Shown: positions 27,415 to 37,926 of the stretch, piece after piece
How the letters are laid out: each line of letters begins with the position of its first letter
Numbering within the stretch: position 1 is the stretch's first letter
DNA from: Deltaproteobacteria bacterium
GTDB taxonomy: Bacteria; Desulfobacterota; Dissulfuribacteria; Dissulfuribacterales; QOAL01
Direction: 5' to 3'
DNA length: 64,000 nt
Assembly (NCBI GenBank): GCA_026992735.1
Contig: JALWYO010000017.1
Coordinates: 373-64,372, forward strand
Made by a program: the position numbers and the translations under genes
Notes under the pieces: generated by a model
Told to the model about the DNA's origin: nothing
The model's input: the letters and a program-made list of their open reading frames with translations, nothing else
The model's database searches: none

Positions 27415-27975
27415 ATGGCCCTCAGCAGAGAAGAACGAATCACGCTTTTGAAGATAGCAAGGGCTTCCATTGAGGCTGCACTCAATGGAAAAGCCCTGGA
27501 GCTGCCCAGCATTTCAAGCCCAGCCCTCATGGAGAAAAGAGGAGCCTTTGTCACGTTGCACGAACACGGTCAACTAAGAGGATGCATAGGGAATTTCGTG
27601 TCCCAGAAGCCCCTTTATGAGACCGTTGCTGACATGGCACTGGCTGCGGCCTTCAACGATCCGCGCTTCCGTCCCCTTGAAGCCAGGGAGCTGTCTGAAA
27701 TAGACATCGAGATATCCGCCCTCACTCCCCTTGAGCCAATATCAAGCGTGGAGGAAATAGAGGTTGGTAAACACGGTATCTATATCATAAATGGACCCTA
27801 CCGGGGGGTGCTTTTACCACAGGTAGCCACTGAACATGGATGGGACAGATACACATTTCTGGACCAGACATGCCTCAAGGCTGGAATGATGCCCGGCTGC
27901 TGGAAGTCACCGGAGACCCAGATCCTGGTGTTCAGCGCCGAGGTCTTTGGAGAAAAGTCAGAGGGCCTGCTCTAA
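27415..27975 (+). CDS. AMMECR1-domain protein
   Basis: RGAFVTLHEHGQLRGCIGNF motif. ATG 27415 lies 7 nt after AGGAGG; the ORF track's 27382 start lacks an SD. Confidence 0.8.
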   Translation: MALSREERITLLKIARASIEAALNGKALELPSISSPALMEKRGAFVTLHEHGQLRGCIGNFVSQKPLYETVADMALAAAFNDPRFRPLEARELSEIDIEISALTPLEPISSVEEIEVGKHGIYIINGPYRGVLLPQVATEHGWDRYTFLDQTCLKAGMMPGCWKSPETQILVFSAEVFGEKSEGLL

Positions 27976-27999
27976 CTACAGACAGGACCCGGCCTTGCA

Positions 28000-28491
28000 T
28001 CAGGCACTATCAGGGAAAAATTTTTTCCTCATGGCCTCTTCCACATGCGGCGGCACCAGTCCATCCAGGCTGCCTCCAAACTGGGCCGCCTCTTTTACTA
28101 TAGTTGAGCTGATATATATCCACCTGAAGCCGGTCATGAGAAAGACTGTTTCTACGGTCCTGTCCAGTTTCCTGTTCATTATGGCCCGCTGAAGTTCGAA
28201 TTCAAAATCAGACACGGCCCTGAGCCCCCTCAAGATGGCGCAGGCGTTATGAGAACGGGCAAAATCCACCAGCAGGCAGTTAAAACTTTCGACTTCCACG
28301 TCCTTGTCTGACGAGATGGATTCCCTTATCATCTGGAGCCTTTCTTCAATGGAAAAAAGAGGGGCCTTTGCAGGATTCTGGCCAACGGCAACTATAACCT
28401 TGTCAAATATCCTCAATGCCCTGTTTATGAGATCCAGATGGCCATAGGTAACAGGGTCAAATGTACCTGGGTAGATTATTATTTTTGACAT
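28000..28491 (-). CDS. coaD: Phosphopantetheine adenylyltransferase
   Basis: 163 aa. IIYPGTFDPVTYGHLDLINRA. Conserved rsmD-coaD pairing. Confidence 0.93.
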   Translation of the reverse strand: MSKIIIYPGTFDPVTYGHLDLINRALRIFDKVIVAVGQNPAKAPLFSIEERLQMIRESISSDKDVEVESFNCLLVDFARSHNACAILRGLRAVSDFEFELQRAIMNRKLDRTVETVFLMTGFRWIYISSTIVKEAAQFGGSLDGLVPPHVEEAMRKKFFPDSA

Positions 28492-29117
28492 GACTGCCCT
28501 GGAGAATCCATAGAATACTCACCCGAACGTTTCCTGAAGAAATAGATGAACAAAGAAGTATCACCGTAAACCCTGACTTCCTTAAGTTCAAGATCCACCT
28601 CCCTGCCACGCAATGCGCTATCCAGCACAACATTCTTCCTGTCTTCCACCAGCAGCATGCCCTCCTGGGCAAGAAAGGAACCTTTGCTGGAAACGGCCTG
28701 CAGAAACCTGGCAGAAAGACCTTTTCCATAAGGAGGATCGGCAAACAGCAGTGTCACTGGTGGATACCCGGCCTTCCTGAACAGATCTCTGGCAATACCC
28801 TTGAACACATCACAGAGAAACAGGCTGGCCCTGTCTGCCAAGCCACATGTATCCACATTTTTCTTCAGCGTGGAAAAGACATTTCTATCAGATTCAACGA
28901 AGGCAGCCGCACATGCGCCTCTGGACAGGGCCTCGATACCCATGGCGCCTGAACCTGCAAAAAAATCCATTGCCACAACATCTTCCCACACCACTCCATA
29001 GCGCGACTGAAGACACTGAAACAGGGCCTCCCTGACCCTGTCCGATGTAGGACGCACCCGCCTTCCCCGCAGACAGGAAAGACGCCGGCCACGCAGACGC
29101 CCTGCTATAATTCTCAT
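28479..29117 (-). CDS. rsmD: 16S rRNA (guanine966-N2)-methyltransferase
   Basis: 212 aa. MRIIAGRLRGRRL...RPTSDRVREALF...DFFAGSGAMGIEALSRGA...ADPPY. Confidence 0.9.
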   Translation of the reverse strand: MRIIAGRLRGRRLSCLRGRRVRPTSDRVREALFQCLQSRYGVVWEDVVAMDFFAGSGAMGIEALSRGACAAAFVESDRNVFSTLKKNVDTCGLADRASLFLCDVFKGIARDLFRKAGYPPVTLLFADPPYGKGLSARFLQAVSSKGSFLAQEGMLLVEDRKNVVLDSALRGREVDLELKEVRVYGDTSLFIYFFRKRSGEYSMDSPGQSCQK

Positions 29118-29166
29118 TCTTCAGATGGTTAGGCTCTCATGCAGACAGGGGTACAAGCTGCATGGA

Positions 29167-30453
29167 CTAATCATCAAAATCACCGGATGGTCCCTTGGAC
29201 CTGGTGAATGCAGCTGCCTTCTGCCTTATCTTCTCCTCGGTCCATTCGTCAGGATCTTCAATTTTTGTGCCCTTAGGGGCTATATCATATGATCCGGCCT
29301 CGAGAACAGTCTCCACAGCAAGCTGAGCCGTGTCCCCGGCATTAAATACGCTGACAAGCAGCTCATAGACAAAATCTTCCACGGCCTTTGCCATTCGTTC
29401 CCTGATCTCCCTGGGCTGGCCCATGATCTTGTTCTCAAAGGGCAGGTTGAGTTTCTTATAGTTTCCGCCTTTCCAGCCCTGTTTCTCGGCATAGGCCTTC
29501 ATCTCGGCCCATAGCTCCTCTGTCACGCCATGGCCTTCCAGCTTTATGAATTCACCGTTGTCATCCACTTCGGCATTGCCGTAGTCATCTACCTTTACGC
29601 CCCACGAAATCATCTGGAGGGCAGTGGCTACATTGGCCTTGGTGGTCCTGGTCTTTTCGGCTATCTGTCTTAGCCTGTCAGAATTGTTTCCAGAAGTTCC
29701 ATGTTGGGCTCCTGATACCTTGTATGGGGCAAGGGCCTCGTGTATCTCAGCGGTAAGATCCACTTGGATACCCTGATCACTTGCCTGGATGCCATGGGTC
29801 GTGCCATTGTTCAGGGCTATCCAGTCCGGGAATATGCCGTGGGCATTCAGGCCCCTGATTAAAAACAGCGCCTCCTCCACTGTAGAAAGCCCCTCTTTGC
29901 CCTTGATCTCGCCCACCTCTGTCTCAAGGCCTGCCCAGCCTGGGATAAACGGATTGAGCTCCAGGTTTGCCAGGAGATTTTCATCATCAGGCAGGTGAGA
30001 GGCATCTATAGCGATAGATGTCATGCCCGCCTCAAATATCGTGGGGATTTCTACCTTGGCGGGGGCTATGTCTTCCTTCTTCTTTATGCCGTAATGGTCT
30101 GCATGTATGGCAACGGGCACAGTTATGCCCAGCTCGTTGCATACCTGGTCCACCTGCCTTGCAAGGTTCCAATAGCTGGTAGCACAATATGCATTAGCGC
30201 CACCTTCGGAACGTGCTATCTCCATGATTATGGCTGCATTGGCCCTCTGGGCAGCAGCCAGCACACCCCTCACGATGATATGATTTCTTGCATTAGCGGC
30301 AATAGTCATGGCCTTTCCTTTCTTGAGAAGTGCCCTGTCTATCACCTTTCCGCTCACTATGAGCGCCTTGGAGTTGGGGAAAAGTCTGGTTATGTTGGGA
30401 GGACGCCCGATTTCAAGGGCCTTTTCAAAATCCCTGGAATATTCTCTTTTCAT
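29167..30453 (-). CDS. fba: Class II fructose-bisphosphate aldolase (long form)
   Basis: 428 aa. Zn-aldolase blocks VAIHADHYG, IAIDASH, NNGTTHG, SGAQHGTSG. Confidence 0.8.
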   Translation of the reverse strand: MKREYSRDFEKALEIGRPPNITRLFPNSKALIVSGKVIDRALLKKGKAMTIAANARNHIIVRGVLAAAQRANAAIIMEIARSEGGANAYCATSYWNLARQVDQVCNELGITVPVAIHADHYGIKKKEDIAPAKVEIPTIFEAGMTSIAIDASHLPDDENLLANLELNPFIPGWAGLETEVGEIKGKEGLSTVEEALFLIRGLNAHGIFPDWIALNNGTTHGIQASDQGIQVDLTAEIHEALAPYKVSGAQHGTSGNNSDRLRQIAEKTRTTKANVATALQMISWGVKVDDYGNAEVDDNGEFIKLEGHGVTEELWAEMKAYAEKQGWKGGNYKKLNLPFENKIMGQPREIRERMAKAVEDFVYELLVSVFNAGDTAQLAVETVLEAGSYDIAPKGTKIEDPDEWTEEKIRQKAAAFTRSKGPSGDFDD

Positions 30454-30758
30454 TTTATTTTACCTCCTGAAAATTTTGCCAGGCAGCAAAAAATTTATAT
30501 GGCCTGTCTTTAATACTCGCCTGCAGTATCCTGCGGCAGTAGGCAGTTAGCGAAAAACAGAAGCGGTTTATCCCATGATTGATTATAGTTTCATGTTTAC
30601 ACCTCTGGCTGGAGAAAATATTATGACGACACATCCTGCATTTCAGGAGAAATTCTAATCACTGCACCTGATTTTAGCAAACTCATCTGCGTTGATATTT
30701 TTCTATATGCACACAAATTTATGACGATTGAAAGGTGACAGTCCACTGATGAAACATC

Positions 30759-31505
30759 ATGACAGCAGTCCGCAAAAACAATAACGATAACACCTTAACC
30801 TCCAGGCCGTTCCAGGATCTCGGGAAGATGATTTCTGCCCCGGGAAACAGGCACAGGGGCAGGGCAGAGAAAGCCCGGCATCAGGAGAAAACAGTCTCCG
30901 GTCATTCTGAAAATACCGTAATTGAAACAGAAATTGAAACAGATTCTATTCTCTTCCTGAAGGCCATGGAGGGAGTAAAACCCCTGGAAAATGAAAACCG
31001 TCTGCCCGCACCCAAACCAGGCATGAATGCATCCGCATCTTCTGCCTTGCAGGATGATGAAACCGCCGAGGCCATTCGGGAGCTGAACGAGCTTATCCAG
31101 GGCAAAAGGCCCCTGCCAGTGGAAAAGACACCGGAATACATGGATGGGCCACCCATAAATTCTGACAGGCGGCTGCTGAAAAGGCTCAGGTCCGGCGGCT
31201 TTGCGATCCAGGCATATTGTGAACTTCATGGTCTCACAGCAGACGAGGCCTTGAATGTATGCGATGGATTCATGGCAGATTCTATTATGAGCAACAGGCG
31301 ATGCATCGCATACATACATGGCAGGGGAAAGTCGTCTCCCGGGAAGCCCATCCTTAAGGAGACGGTTAAGCATTTTCTGAACAGAGGCAGATTTCGGCGC
31401 TATATCCTTGCCTACTGCAGTGCGCCGTCATGGGATGGAGGACCTGGCGTGACATATGTATTATTGAGAAAGAGGCCGGTTAAAAAGAAAAAGAAAAGAC
31501 AATGA
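30759..31505 (+). CDS. Smr-domain protein (MutS2-C/SmrB-like nuclease domain)
   Basis: C-terminal Smr domain: CELHGLTADEAL...IAYIHGRGKSSPGKPILKETV...GGPGVTYVLL. The start codon is uncertain. Confidence 0.75.
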   Translation: MTAVRKNNNDNTLTSRPFQDLGKMISAPGNRHRGRAEKARHQEKTVSGHSENTVIETEIETDSILFLKAMEGVKPLENENRLPAPKPGMNASASSALQDDETAEAIRELNELIQGKRPLPVEKTPEYMDGPPINSDRRLLKRLRSGGFAIQAYCELHGLTADEALNVCDGFMADSIMSNRRCIAYIHGRGKSSPGKPILKETVKHFLNRGRFRRYILAYCSAPSWDGGPGVTYVLLRKRPVKKKKKRQ

Positions 31506-32107
31506 GCAGAAAATATTCCGGACTTTTTGTAGTAGTTGAAGGCATTGACGGCACAGGCAAAAGCACCTTGGTCAGCAATATATACCGTGCTCTAAGAAAA
31601 AAAGGCATTGATACGATGTTGACATTTGAGCCCACGCATGGAGAATGGGGCATGAAACTCCGCAGGAGCTTTATGGACAGCAAGAGGGCAGAAGCGGAAG
31701 AAGAGCTCTCCATGTTCATGAAAGACAGGAAAGAACACCTGAGAGATGTCATAATTCCAGCCCTGCAAAACGGCCGGGTAGTGCTGTGTGACCGCTATTA
31801 TTTCTCCACCATTGCATACCAGGGCGCCCGTGGACTTGATCCTGAAAAGATCCAGGAAGAAAATGAAGAATTTGCTCTCAGGCCTGACATATGCTTTATC
31901 CTAGAGCTCAATCCTGAGAAGGCGGTCCGGCGGATAACCGAGGGCCGCATGGACAGAACCAATAATTTCGAGCAGACAGATTACCTGAAAAGGGTTGCAG
32001 AAATATTCTCTTCCCTTAAGGATGAATGTATCATAAGGCTTGATGCTGAATTATCTCCTGATAAACTGGCAGAAAAGGCAGTTGAAATCATCCTGGACAG
32101 GCTATAA
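31502..32107 (+). CDS. tmk: Thymidylate kinase
   Basis: 201 aa. P-loop VVVEGIDGTGKST and DRYYFSTIAYQG. Confidence 0.92.
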   Translation: MSRKYSGLFVVVEGIDGTGKSTLVSNIYRALRKKGIDTMLTFEPTHGEWGMKLRRSFMDSKRAEAEEELSMFMKDRKEHLRDVIIPALQNGRVVLCDRYYFSTIAYQGARGLDPEKIQEENEEFALRPDICFILELNPEKAVRRITEGRMDRTNNFEQTDYLKRVAEIFSSLKDECIIRLDAELSPDKLAEKAVEIILDRL

Positions 32108-32291
32108 CAGGGAAAATCTTTTACCTGCCCTTGAAAATCTCAAAGATCGTAACCATAGTTTTCCGTTGGTCAGGTCATAAAGCCTTCTTTTGTCACTTTG
32201 TGATCATCGGTTCTCAAAAAAATATCTATAACATGGCCCGCTAACATGAGATAAACCACATGGCATAACGACCAATTGGCTCAATACCTAA

Positions 32292-34319
32292 ATGAACACG
32301 GACAAGGAACAGAAAAATAAAAAAAAGGTTCTTTTTACAGCAGCATACTGGATAATAGGCCTTCTGGTGATCATGGTGCTCCCGCAGCTTCTGGTCAGTA
32401 TGCAGACCAAGCATATTCCCTATTCAGAATTCAAGGATCTTCTAAGACAGGGGCGCATACTGGAAGTTCGCCTTGGAGAAGACGAGATCAGGGGTATAAT
32501 GTTCAATGGCTCAGAAAAAGATCTTAAGGAACTCAAGAAAAAGATACAGGAGATAGAATCACGCCCCCCACCGCGGAAAAACCCTCTGGATTTTTTTAAT
32601 TCCTCCAGCGGCCAATCTCTTGAGCAGATACTGAAAACGCTTATGTCATCTTCCGGGCAGAAGGAAAACATCATATTGTTCCGCACTGTCAGAGTAAAGG
32701 ACGACAAGCTGGTAGATGAACTTGACGCCAGTGGTGTCGAATACTCAGGCGTCAAGGGCAGTATGATCGGAGAGATATTCTGGGGGACCATAGTGCCTAT
32801 CGCCTTCTGGATAGGCCTCTGGATATTCCTCATGAAAGGAATGGGCGCGCCAGGCAAGGGCCTGCTTTCCATAGGCAAATCCCGCGCCAAGGTGGCAGTA
32901 GAAAAGGACACGGGTGTAAGATTCGACGATGTTGCAGGCTGTGATGAAGCAAAGGAAGAACTCAAGGAAGTAGTAGATTTTCTCAAGGAACCACAGAAAT
33001 TCGAGGTCCTTGGAGCCAGGATTCCAAAGGGTGTTCTGCTGGTAGGGCCGCCTGGCACGGGAAAGACCCTCCTTGCCAGGGCCCTTGCAGGCGAAGCGGC
33101 AGTGCCGTTTTTCAGCATCTCCGGCTCTGGATTCGTAGAAATGTTTGTGGGTGTGGGTGCTGCAAGAGTCAGAGATATGTTTGAGCAGGCCAAGAAAAAC
33201 GCTCCATGCATCATTTTCGTGGACGAGATCGATGCCATAGGAAAATTCCGCGGGGCCGGGCTTGCAGGTGGCGGCCACGAGGAAAGAGAACAGACCCTTA
33301 ACCAGCTACTGGTTGAAATGGATGGTTTTGAGCCAAATATCGGGGTCATCCTGCTGGCTGCTACCAACAGGCCGGAAATACTGGATCCGGCCCTGTTGAG
33401 GCCAGGACGTTTTGACCGCCAGGTTTTGGTGGACGCCCCAGACGTATCCGGCAGGGAGGCCATCCTGAAAGTGCACTGCCGGGGCAAGCCGCTGGCAGAG
33501 GATGTGGATCTCAAGAGTATTGCCCTGAGGACCCCTGGTTTCTCAGGAGCTGACCTGGCCAATATAGTAAACGAAGCAGCCCTGCTGGCAGCAAAAGAGG
33601 GGGCAAAACAGATTACCCAGGTCCACCTTGAGGCAGCGGCAGAAAAGGTGTTCGCAGGCCCGGAGAGAAAAAGCAGGCGCCTTGGCAAAAAGGAAAGAAA
33701 ACGGGTGGCTTATCACGAATCAGGTCACGCCCTTGTTGCCTTCCACTGTCCAAATGCCGCCCCGGTTGCAAAGATTTCCATAATTCCCAGGGGAAAAGCC
33801 GCCCTGGGATATACCCTGCAGCTACCGGAAGAAGAACGCTACCTTATGACCGAGCACGAATTATTAGACAGGATATGCGTGTCTCTTGGCGGCAGGGCGG
33901 CTGAAGAAACAATCTTCAATGAGATAAGCTCCGGAGCCCAGAACGACCTGGAGGTAGCCACAGAGATGGCCAGAGGCATGGTATGCAGGTTTGGCATGAG
34001 TGACAAGATAGGCCCTGTTGCCCTGTCCAGGGAGACTTCCCCGTTTCTCAGGGTGCCGGGCATGCCGGAACAGCAACAAATGAGCCCCGCCCTGCAGGCA
34101 GAGGTTGACAACGAGGTCAGAAGGGTCTTAAGAGAACAATATGATCGGGCTCTTGAAATTGTCAGGGAACACAGGCCGGCCCTTGAGGCTGTTTCAAAAA
34201 GGCTCCTGATGGAAGAAGTGATGAGTGCAGACGAATTTAAGAAGCTTGCAGGAATAGATATTGATGACAAGCAGTTACACAATGATGACGACCAAACAGA
34301 CAAGGAGGATTCAAAATGA
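32292..34319 (+). CDS. ftsH: ATP-dependent zinc metalloprotease FtsH
   Basis: 675 aa. AAA Walker [12 protein letters not shown] region, Zn site HESGHALV. Confidence 0.97.
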   Translation: MNTDKEQKNKKKVLFTAAYWIIGLLVIMVLPQLLVSMQTKHIPYSEFKDLLRQGRILEVRLGEDEIRGIMFNGSEKDLKELKKKIQEIESRPPPRKNPLDFFNSSSGQSLEQILKTLMSSSGQKENIILFRTVRVKDDKLVDELDASGVEYSGVKGSMIGEIFWGTIVPIAFWIGLWIFLMKGMGAPGKGLLSIGKSRAKVAVEKDTGVRFDDVAGCDEAKEELKEVVDFLKEPQKFEVLGARIPKGVLLVGPPGTGKTLLARALAGEAAVPFFSISGSGFVEMFVGVGAARVRDMFEQAKKNAPCIIFVDEIDAIGKFRGAGLAGGGHEEREQTLNQLLVEMDGFEPNIGVILLAATNRPEILDPALLRPGRFDRQVLVDAPDVSGREAILKVHCRGKPLAEDVDLKSIALRTPGFSGADLANIVNEAALLAAKEGAKQITQVHLEAAAEKVFAGPERKSRRLGKKERKRVAYHESGHALVAFHCPNAAPVAKISIIPRGKAALGYTLQLPEEERYLMTEHELLDRICVSLGGRAAEETIFNEISSGAQNDLEVATEMARGMVCRFGMSDKIGPVALSRETSPFLRVPGMPEQQQMSPALQAEVDNEVRRVLREQYDRALEIVREHRPALEAVSKRLLMEEVMSADEFKKLAGIDIDDKQLHNDDDQTDKEDSK

Positions 34320-35776
34320 ATATGCTCTATAAATCCATTAGTAAACAGATGGTTGCGCCTCTGATCTTGTTCATGATGTTTTTCATGGCTGCAGGGCAGG
34401 CAAATGCCAGGACAGAACAGCAGGATGAAAATATCGAATTGCTCTCCAGGACTTCAAAGGCAATTGCAGAGATAGTTAAGGAGGCCATGCCCGCCGTGGT
34501 CTTTGTCCAGGTAGAAAAGACAGTGGAACAGGGACCTTCGGCCTTTGGAGGTCAGGACCCGTTTGGAATGTTCAATGATCCGTTCTTCCAGAGATTTTTC
34601 GGGCCACAGCTCAGGCAGAGGCCAAGAAAATTTAAACAAAGAGGCCAGGGCTCCGGCTTTATAATAAGCAAGGACGGCTATATCCTGACCAATAATCACG
34701 TGGTTGGAGATGCGGACAGCATAACGGTAAAGCTGGCTGATGGCAGGAAATTCAAGGCAAAGGTCATTGGAAAGGACCCTCAGTCAGACGTTGCAGTGAT
34801 AAAGATCAAGGCCAAGAACCTGCCGGTGCTGCCTCTCGGCAACTCCGATGCCATACAGGTGGGCGAGTGGGTCATCGCAATAGGCAATCCCTTTGGCCTT
34901 ACCCAGACAGTTACCGTTGGCGTAATCAGCGCCAAGGGCAGGAGCAGGCTTGGCATAACAGACTACGAAGACTACATCCAGACTGATGCTGCCATCAATC
35001 CGGGCAACTCCGGCGGGCCACTTATCAATATCCATGGAGAGGCCATAGGAATAAATTCTGCCATATTCTCCAGGAGCGGTGGCTACATGGGCATTGGCTT
35101 TGCCATCCCGATAAACATGGCCAAGGCGGTGAAGAATCAGCTCATCAAAAACGGTAAGGTTGTCCGGGGCTGGCTTGGTGTCGTAATCCAGGAGGTTGAT
35201 GAAGAACTGGCCAAGTCCTTCGGCCTGAAAAAGACCGAGGGCGTGCTTATATCAGAAGTTGCCGGCAATTCACCGGCAAGCAAGGCAGGGCTCAAGAGCG
35301 GAGATATCATCCTCAAGATGAACGGCCATAAGGTTTCGGATATTGGCGAATTGAGAAACCACATTGCACTGACTCCTCCAGGAACAAAGATAAAATTCGA
35401 GATCCTGAGAGAAGGCAAAATCAAGACAGTAACCGTAACCATTGCCGAGAAACCGGGCGGAATGAGCGTTGCCATGAACAAGCATGAAATACTCAAGCAG
35501 CTTGGTATGGTAGTCCAGGAGCTCACACCCGACCTGGCACAGCAGTTTGGCTACCATGAAGGCCAGGGTGTCTTGGTTGCAGAAGTTGAACCAGGCAGCC
35601 TTGTAGCCAGCGTGGGGATACAGCCGGGACAGCTCATAGAAGAGGTAAACAGGGTCAAGGTCAGGACAGTGAAACAGTTCCTCAAGGCCCTCGCAAAATC
35701 GCGCAAGACCAAGAGAGTGCTATTCAAGGTGCGGGATGGCGATCTCAGCCGCTATGTGGCCCTCAGGCTTCCGTGA
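34316..35776 (+). CDS. htrA: Periplasmic serine endoprotease DegP/DegQ (HtrA family), two PDZ domains
   Basis: 486 aa. Signal peptide, TNNHVV, GNSGGPLIN, then two PDZ-like segments. Confidence 0.93.
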   Translation: MNMLYKSISKQMVAPLILFMMFFMAAGQANARTEQQDENIELLSRTSKAIAEIVKEAMPAVVFVQVEKTVEQGPSAFGGQDPFGMFNDPFFQRFFGPQLRQRPRKFKQRGQGSGFIISKDGYILTNNHVVGDADSITVKLADGRKFKAKVIGKDPQSDVAVIKIKAKNLPVLPLGNSDAIQVGEWVIAIGNPFGLTQTVTVGVISAKGRSRLGITDYEDYIQTDAAINPGNSGGPLINIHGEAIGINSAIFSRSGGYMGIGFAIPINMAKAVKNQLIKNGKVVRGWLGVVIQEVDEELAKSFGLKKTEGVLISEVAGNSPASKAGLKSGDIILKMNGHKVSDIGELRNHIALTPPGTKIKFEILREGKIKTVTVTIAEKPGGMSVAMNKHEILKQLGMVVQELTPDLAQQFGYHEGQGVLVAEVEPGSLVASVGIQPGQLIEEVNRVKVRTVKQFLKALAKSRKTKRVLFKVRDGDLSRYVALRLP

Positions 35777-35786
35777 TTGAGGCCCT

Positions 35787-37109
35787 ATGACAATGACGGA
35801 CTACATAATCAAACCCCTTGATGCAGAAAGCCCTCCCGGAAGGGAGGGCTTCTCCGCCCTCCTCAACAGGCAGTTTGAGATACCCAGGGAAATAGAGGCA
35901 TCGGTCATTGATATCCTGGCCCAGGTGAAAGCCATGGGCGATGAGGCGGTTGTGGATTTTACCCGGAAATTTGACTGCCGGGATTTTTCCGCATCCTTGC
36001 TCCCGGTTTCCAGCCAGGAGATATCAGATGCCTACAAATCCGTGGACAGCAAGATACTGTCCAGCATCAGAAAGGCACTGAAAAACATAGAAGAGTTTCA
36101 CAAAAAGCAGCTGCCATCATCCTGGTTCGAAACAAGGGAAGATGGCAGCATACTCGGGCAGATGGTCAGGCCTGTTGATGCTGCCGGCCTCTATGTGCCT
36201 GGCGGCACAGGCGGCTCTACGCCCCTGGTTTCCTCTGTGCTAATGAACGCCATACCAGCCAGGATTGCAGGCGTTGAGCGGCTGGTGCTCGCTACGCCGC
36301 CCGGCAAGGACGGCAAGGTCAGCCCCTATCTCCTGGTGGCAGCCAGAGAAGCTGGCGTCAGTGAAGTTTACAGGATGGGCAGCGCATGGGCCATTGCAGC
36401 AATGGCCTTTGGGACAGAGACTGTCCGGCCTGTTGATGTGATAGCTGGCCCAGGGAATATATTTGTCACGGTTGCCAAAAAACTTGTTTCAGGCACCGTG
36501 GGCATAGACATGATAGCAGGTCCCAGCGAGATACTCATAATTGCTGACCACACTGCTACTCCCGCATATGTGGCAGCAGACATGCTCTCCCAGGCAGAGC
36601 ACGATGCAATGGCCACCTCTGTACTGCTCACCACGTCTGTAGAGCTTGCCAAGCAGGTCTGCAGCCAGCTTACACAGCAGGCAAATGCCCTTGAAAGAAA
36701 AGACATCGCCTGCAAATCCATAAAATCCAACGGACTGGTGCTGATTGTCAGAGATCTGGAAAGTGCAGTCAAGATGGCCAATCAGGTTGGGCCTGAACAC
36801 ATGGAACTTCTGGTAGAAAGGCCGTGGGACCTGCTGCCGGGAATAAAGCACGCAGGCGCCATATTCATGGGTAATTTCAGCCCGGAACCAGTTGGTGACT
36901 ACATTGCCGGCCCGAATCACGTGCTTCCTACCATGGGAACCGCCCGTTTTTCTTCTGCACTTGGCGTAGAGACATTTCTCAAGCGGTCCAGCATCATTTC
37001 GTATTCAGAAAGGGCATTCATGCAAGATGCAGAAGACGTAATGGGCCTTGCAGAGATAGAAGGCCTGACCGCCCACAGGCATTCAGTTGCCGTAAGGCTG
37101 AAGCAATAA
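35787..37109 (+). CDS. hisD: Histidinol dehydrogenase
   Basis: 440 aa. ...IAGPSEILIIAD...SQAEHD...GPEHMEL... blocks. Confidence 0.93.
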   Translation: MTMTDYIIKPLDAESPPGREGFSALLNRQFEIPREIEASVIDILAQVKAMGDEAVVDFTRKFDCRDFSASLLPVSSQEISDAYKSVDSKILSSIRKALKNIEEFHKKQLPSSWFETREDGSILGQMVRPVDAAGLYVPGGTGGSTPLVSSVLMNAIPARIAGVERLVLATPPGKDGKVSPYLLVAAREAGVSEVYRMGSAWAIAAMAFGTETVRPVDVIAGPGNIFVTVAKKLVSGTVGIDMIAGPSEILIIADHTATPAYVAADMLSQAEHDAMATSVLLTTSVELAKQVCSQLTQQANALERKDIACKSIKSNGLVLIVRDLESAVKMANQVGPEHMELLVERPWDLLPGIKHAGAIFMGNFSPEPVGDYIAGPNHVLPTMGTARFSSALGVETFLKRSSIISYSERAFMQDAEDVMGLAEIEGLTAHRHSVAVRLKQ

Positions 37110-37126
37110 GGACAATGCAGATGCGG

Positions 37127-37852
37127 CTATTGCGCCATTTCTTCCAGGGCAAGGCCGATTTCATGCCTCATGGCACTGACAGCAGCAAGGGGATCATCCG
37201 CCTCCCTGATAGGCCGACCTATGACCAGGTAGTCAGATCCATTCAGTATGGCAGAATAAGGTGTTGCCGTACGCACCTGATCGTCAGGCATTGCATACCC
37301 TTTGCTTGAAGGCCGGATGCCGGGTGTTACAACAATCAGACTGTCTCCTGTTTTCTCCCTCACTGCCCGGACTTCCCTTGGAGAGCATACGACACCCGCA
37401 CATCCTGCCCTGCCAGCTGAAACAGCACGTTTCAGCACAAGCTCTTCTATAGACACAACAGCGCCAAGCTCCTTCAGTTCTTCTTCACCCATGCTGGTGA
37501 GAACAGTAACTGCGAGGATGCCCAGGCCGTTTACCGCCGAGGCAGCTGCCTCCATGATAGCCCTGTTGCCATGTACGGTTGCAAACGTGATGCCGTGTCC
37601 ATCAAGCTGCCTGACTGCCAGCTCAACCGTTTTGGGTATATCATAAAATTTCAGATCCAGCATTACCCGGTGTCCGCGCCCGATTATCCAGTCCACAATC
37701 CGGAAACCACCAGCAAGAAAGAGCTGAAGGCCAACTTTGAAAAAATTCACTTCAGGTTCCAGCATGGTCACCAGCTCCCTGGCCTCGTCTGGCCCGGGCA
37801 CGTCCAGGGCAAATATAATCCTCTCTTCCACAGGAATTTTTTTAGCTTGCAT
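37127..37852 (-). CDS. pyrF: Orotidine 5'-phosphate decarboxylase
   Basis: IIFALDV, FFKVGLQLF, MLDLKFYDIPKTV. ATG 37852 lies 6 nt after AAGAGG; the ORF-track start at 37888 is less likely. Confidence 0.9.
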   Translation of the reverse strand: MQAKKIPVEERIIFALDVPGPDEARELVTMLEPEVNFFKVGLQLFLAGGFRIVDWIIGRGHRVMLDLKFYDIPKTVELAVRQLDGHGITFATVHGNRAIMEAAASAVNGLGILAVTVLTSMGEEELKELGAVVSIEELVLKRAVSAGRAGCAGVVCSPREVRAVREKTGDSLIVVTPGIRPSSKGYAMPDDQVRTATPYSAILNGSDYLVIGRPIREADDPLAAVSAMRHEIGLALEEMAQ

Positions 37853-37926
37853 TTTCAACCTCTTTCTATGAAACTTAAAATCAGACAAAGAACCTTTGTC
37901 TTTCTTATAGCAGTGAGGAACCCCTT

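Noticed and set aside
32420-33688. 422-aa minus-strand ORF
   Set aside because: Antisense shadow of ftsH. Ser/Pro/Ala-rich with no domain signature.
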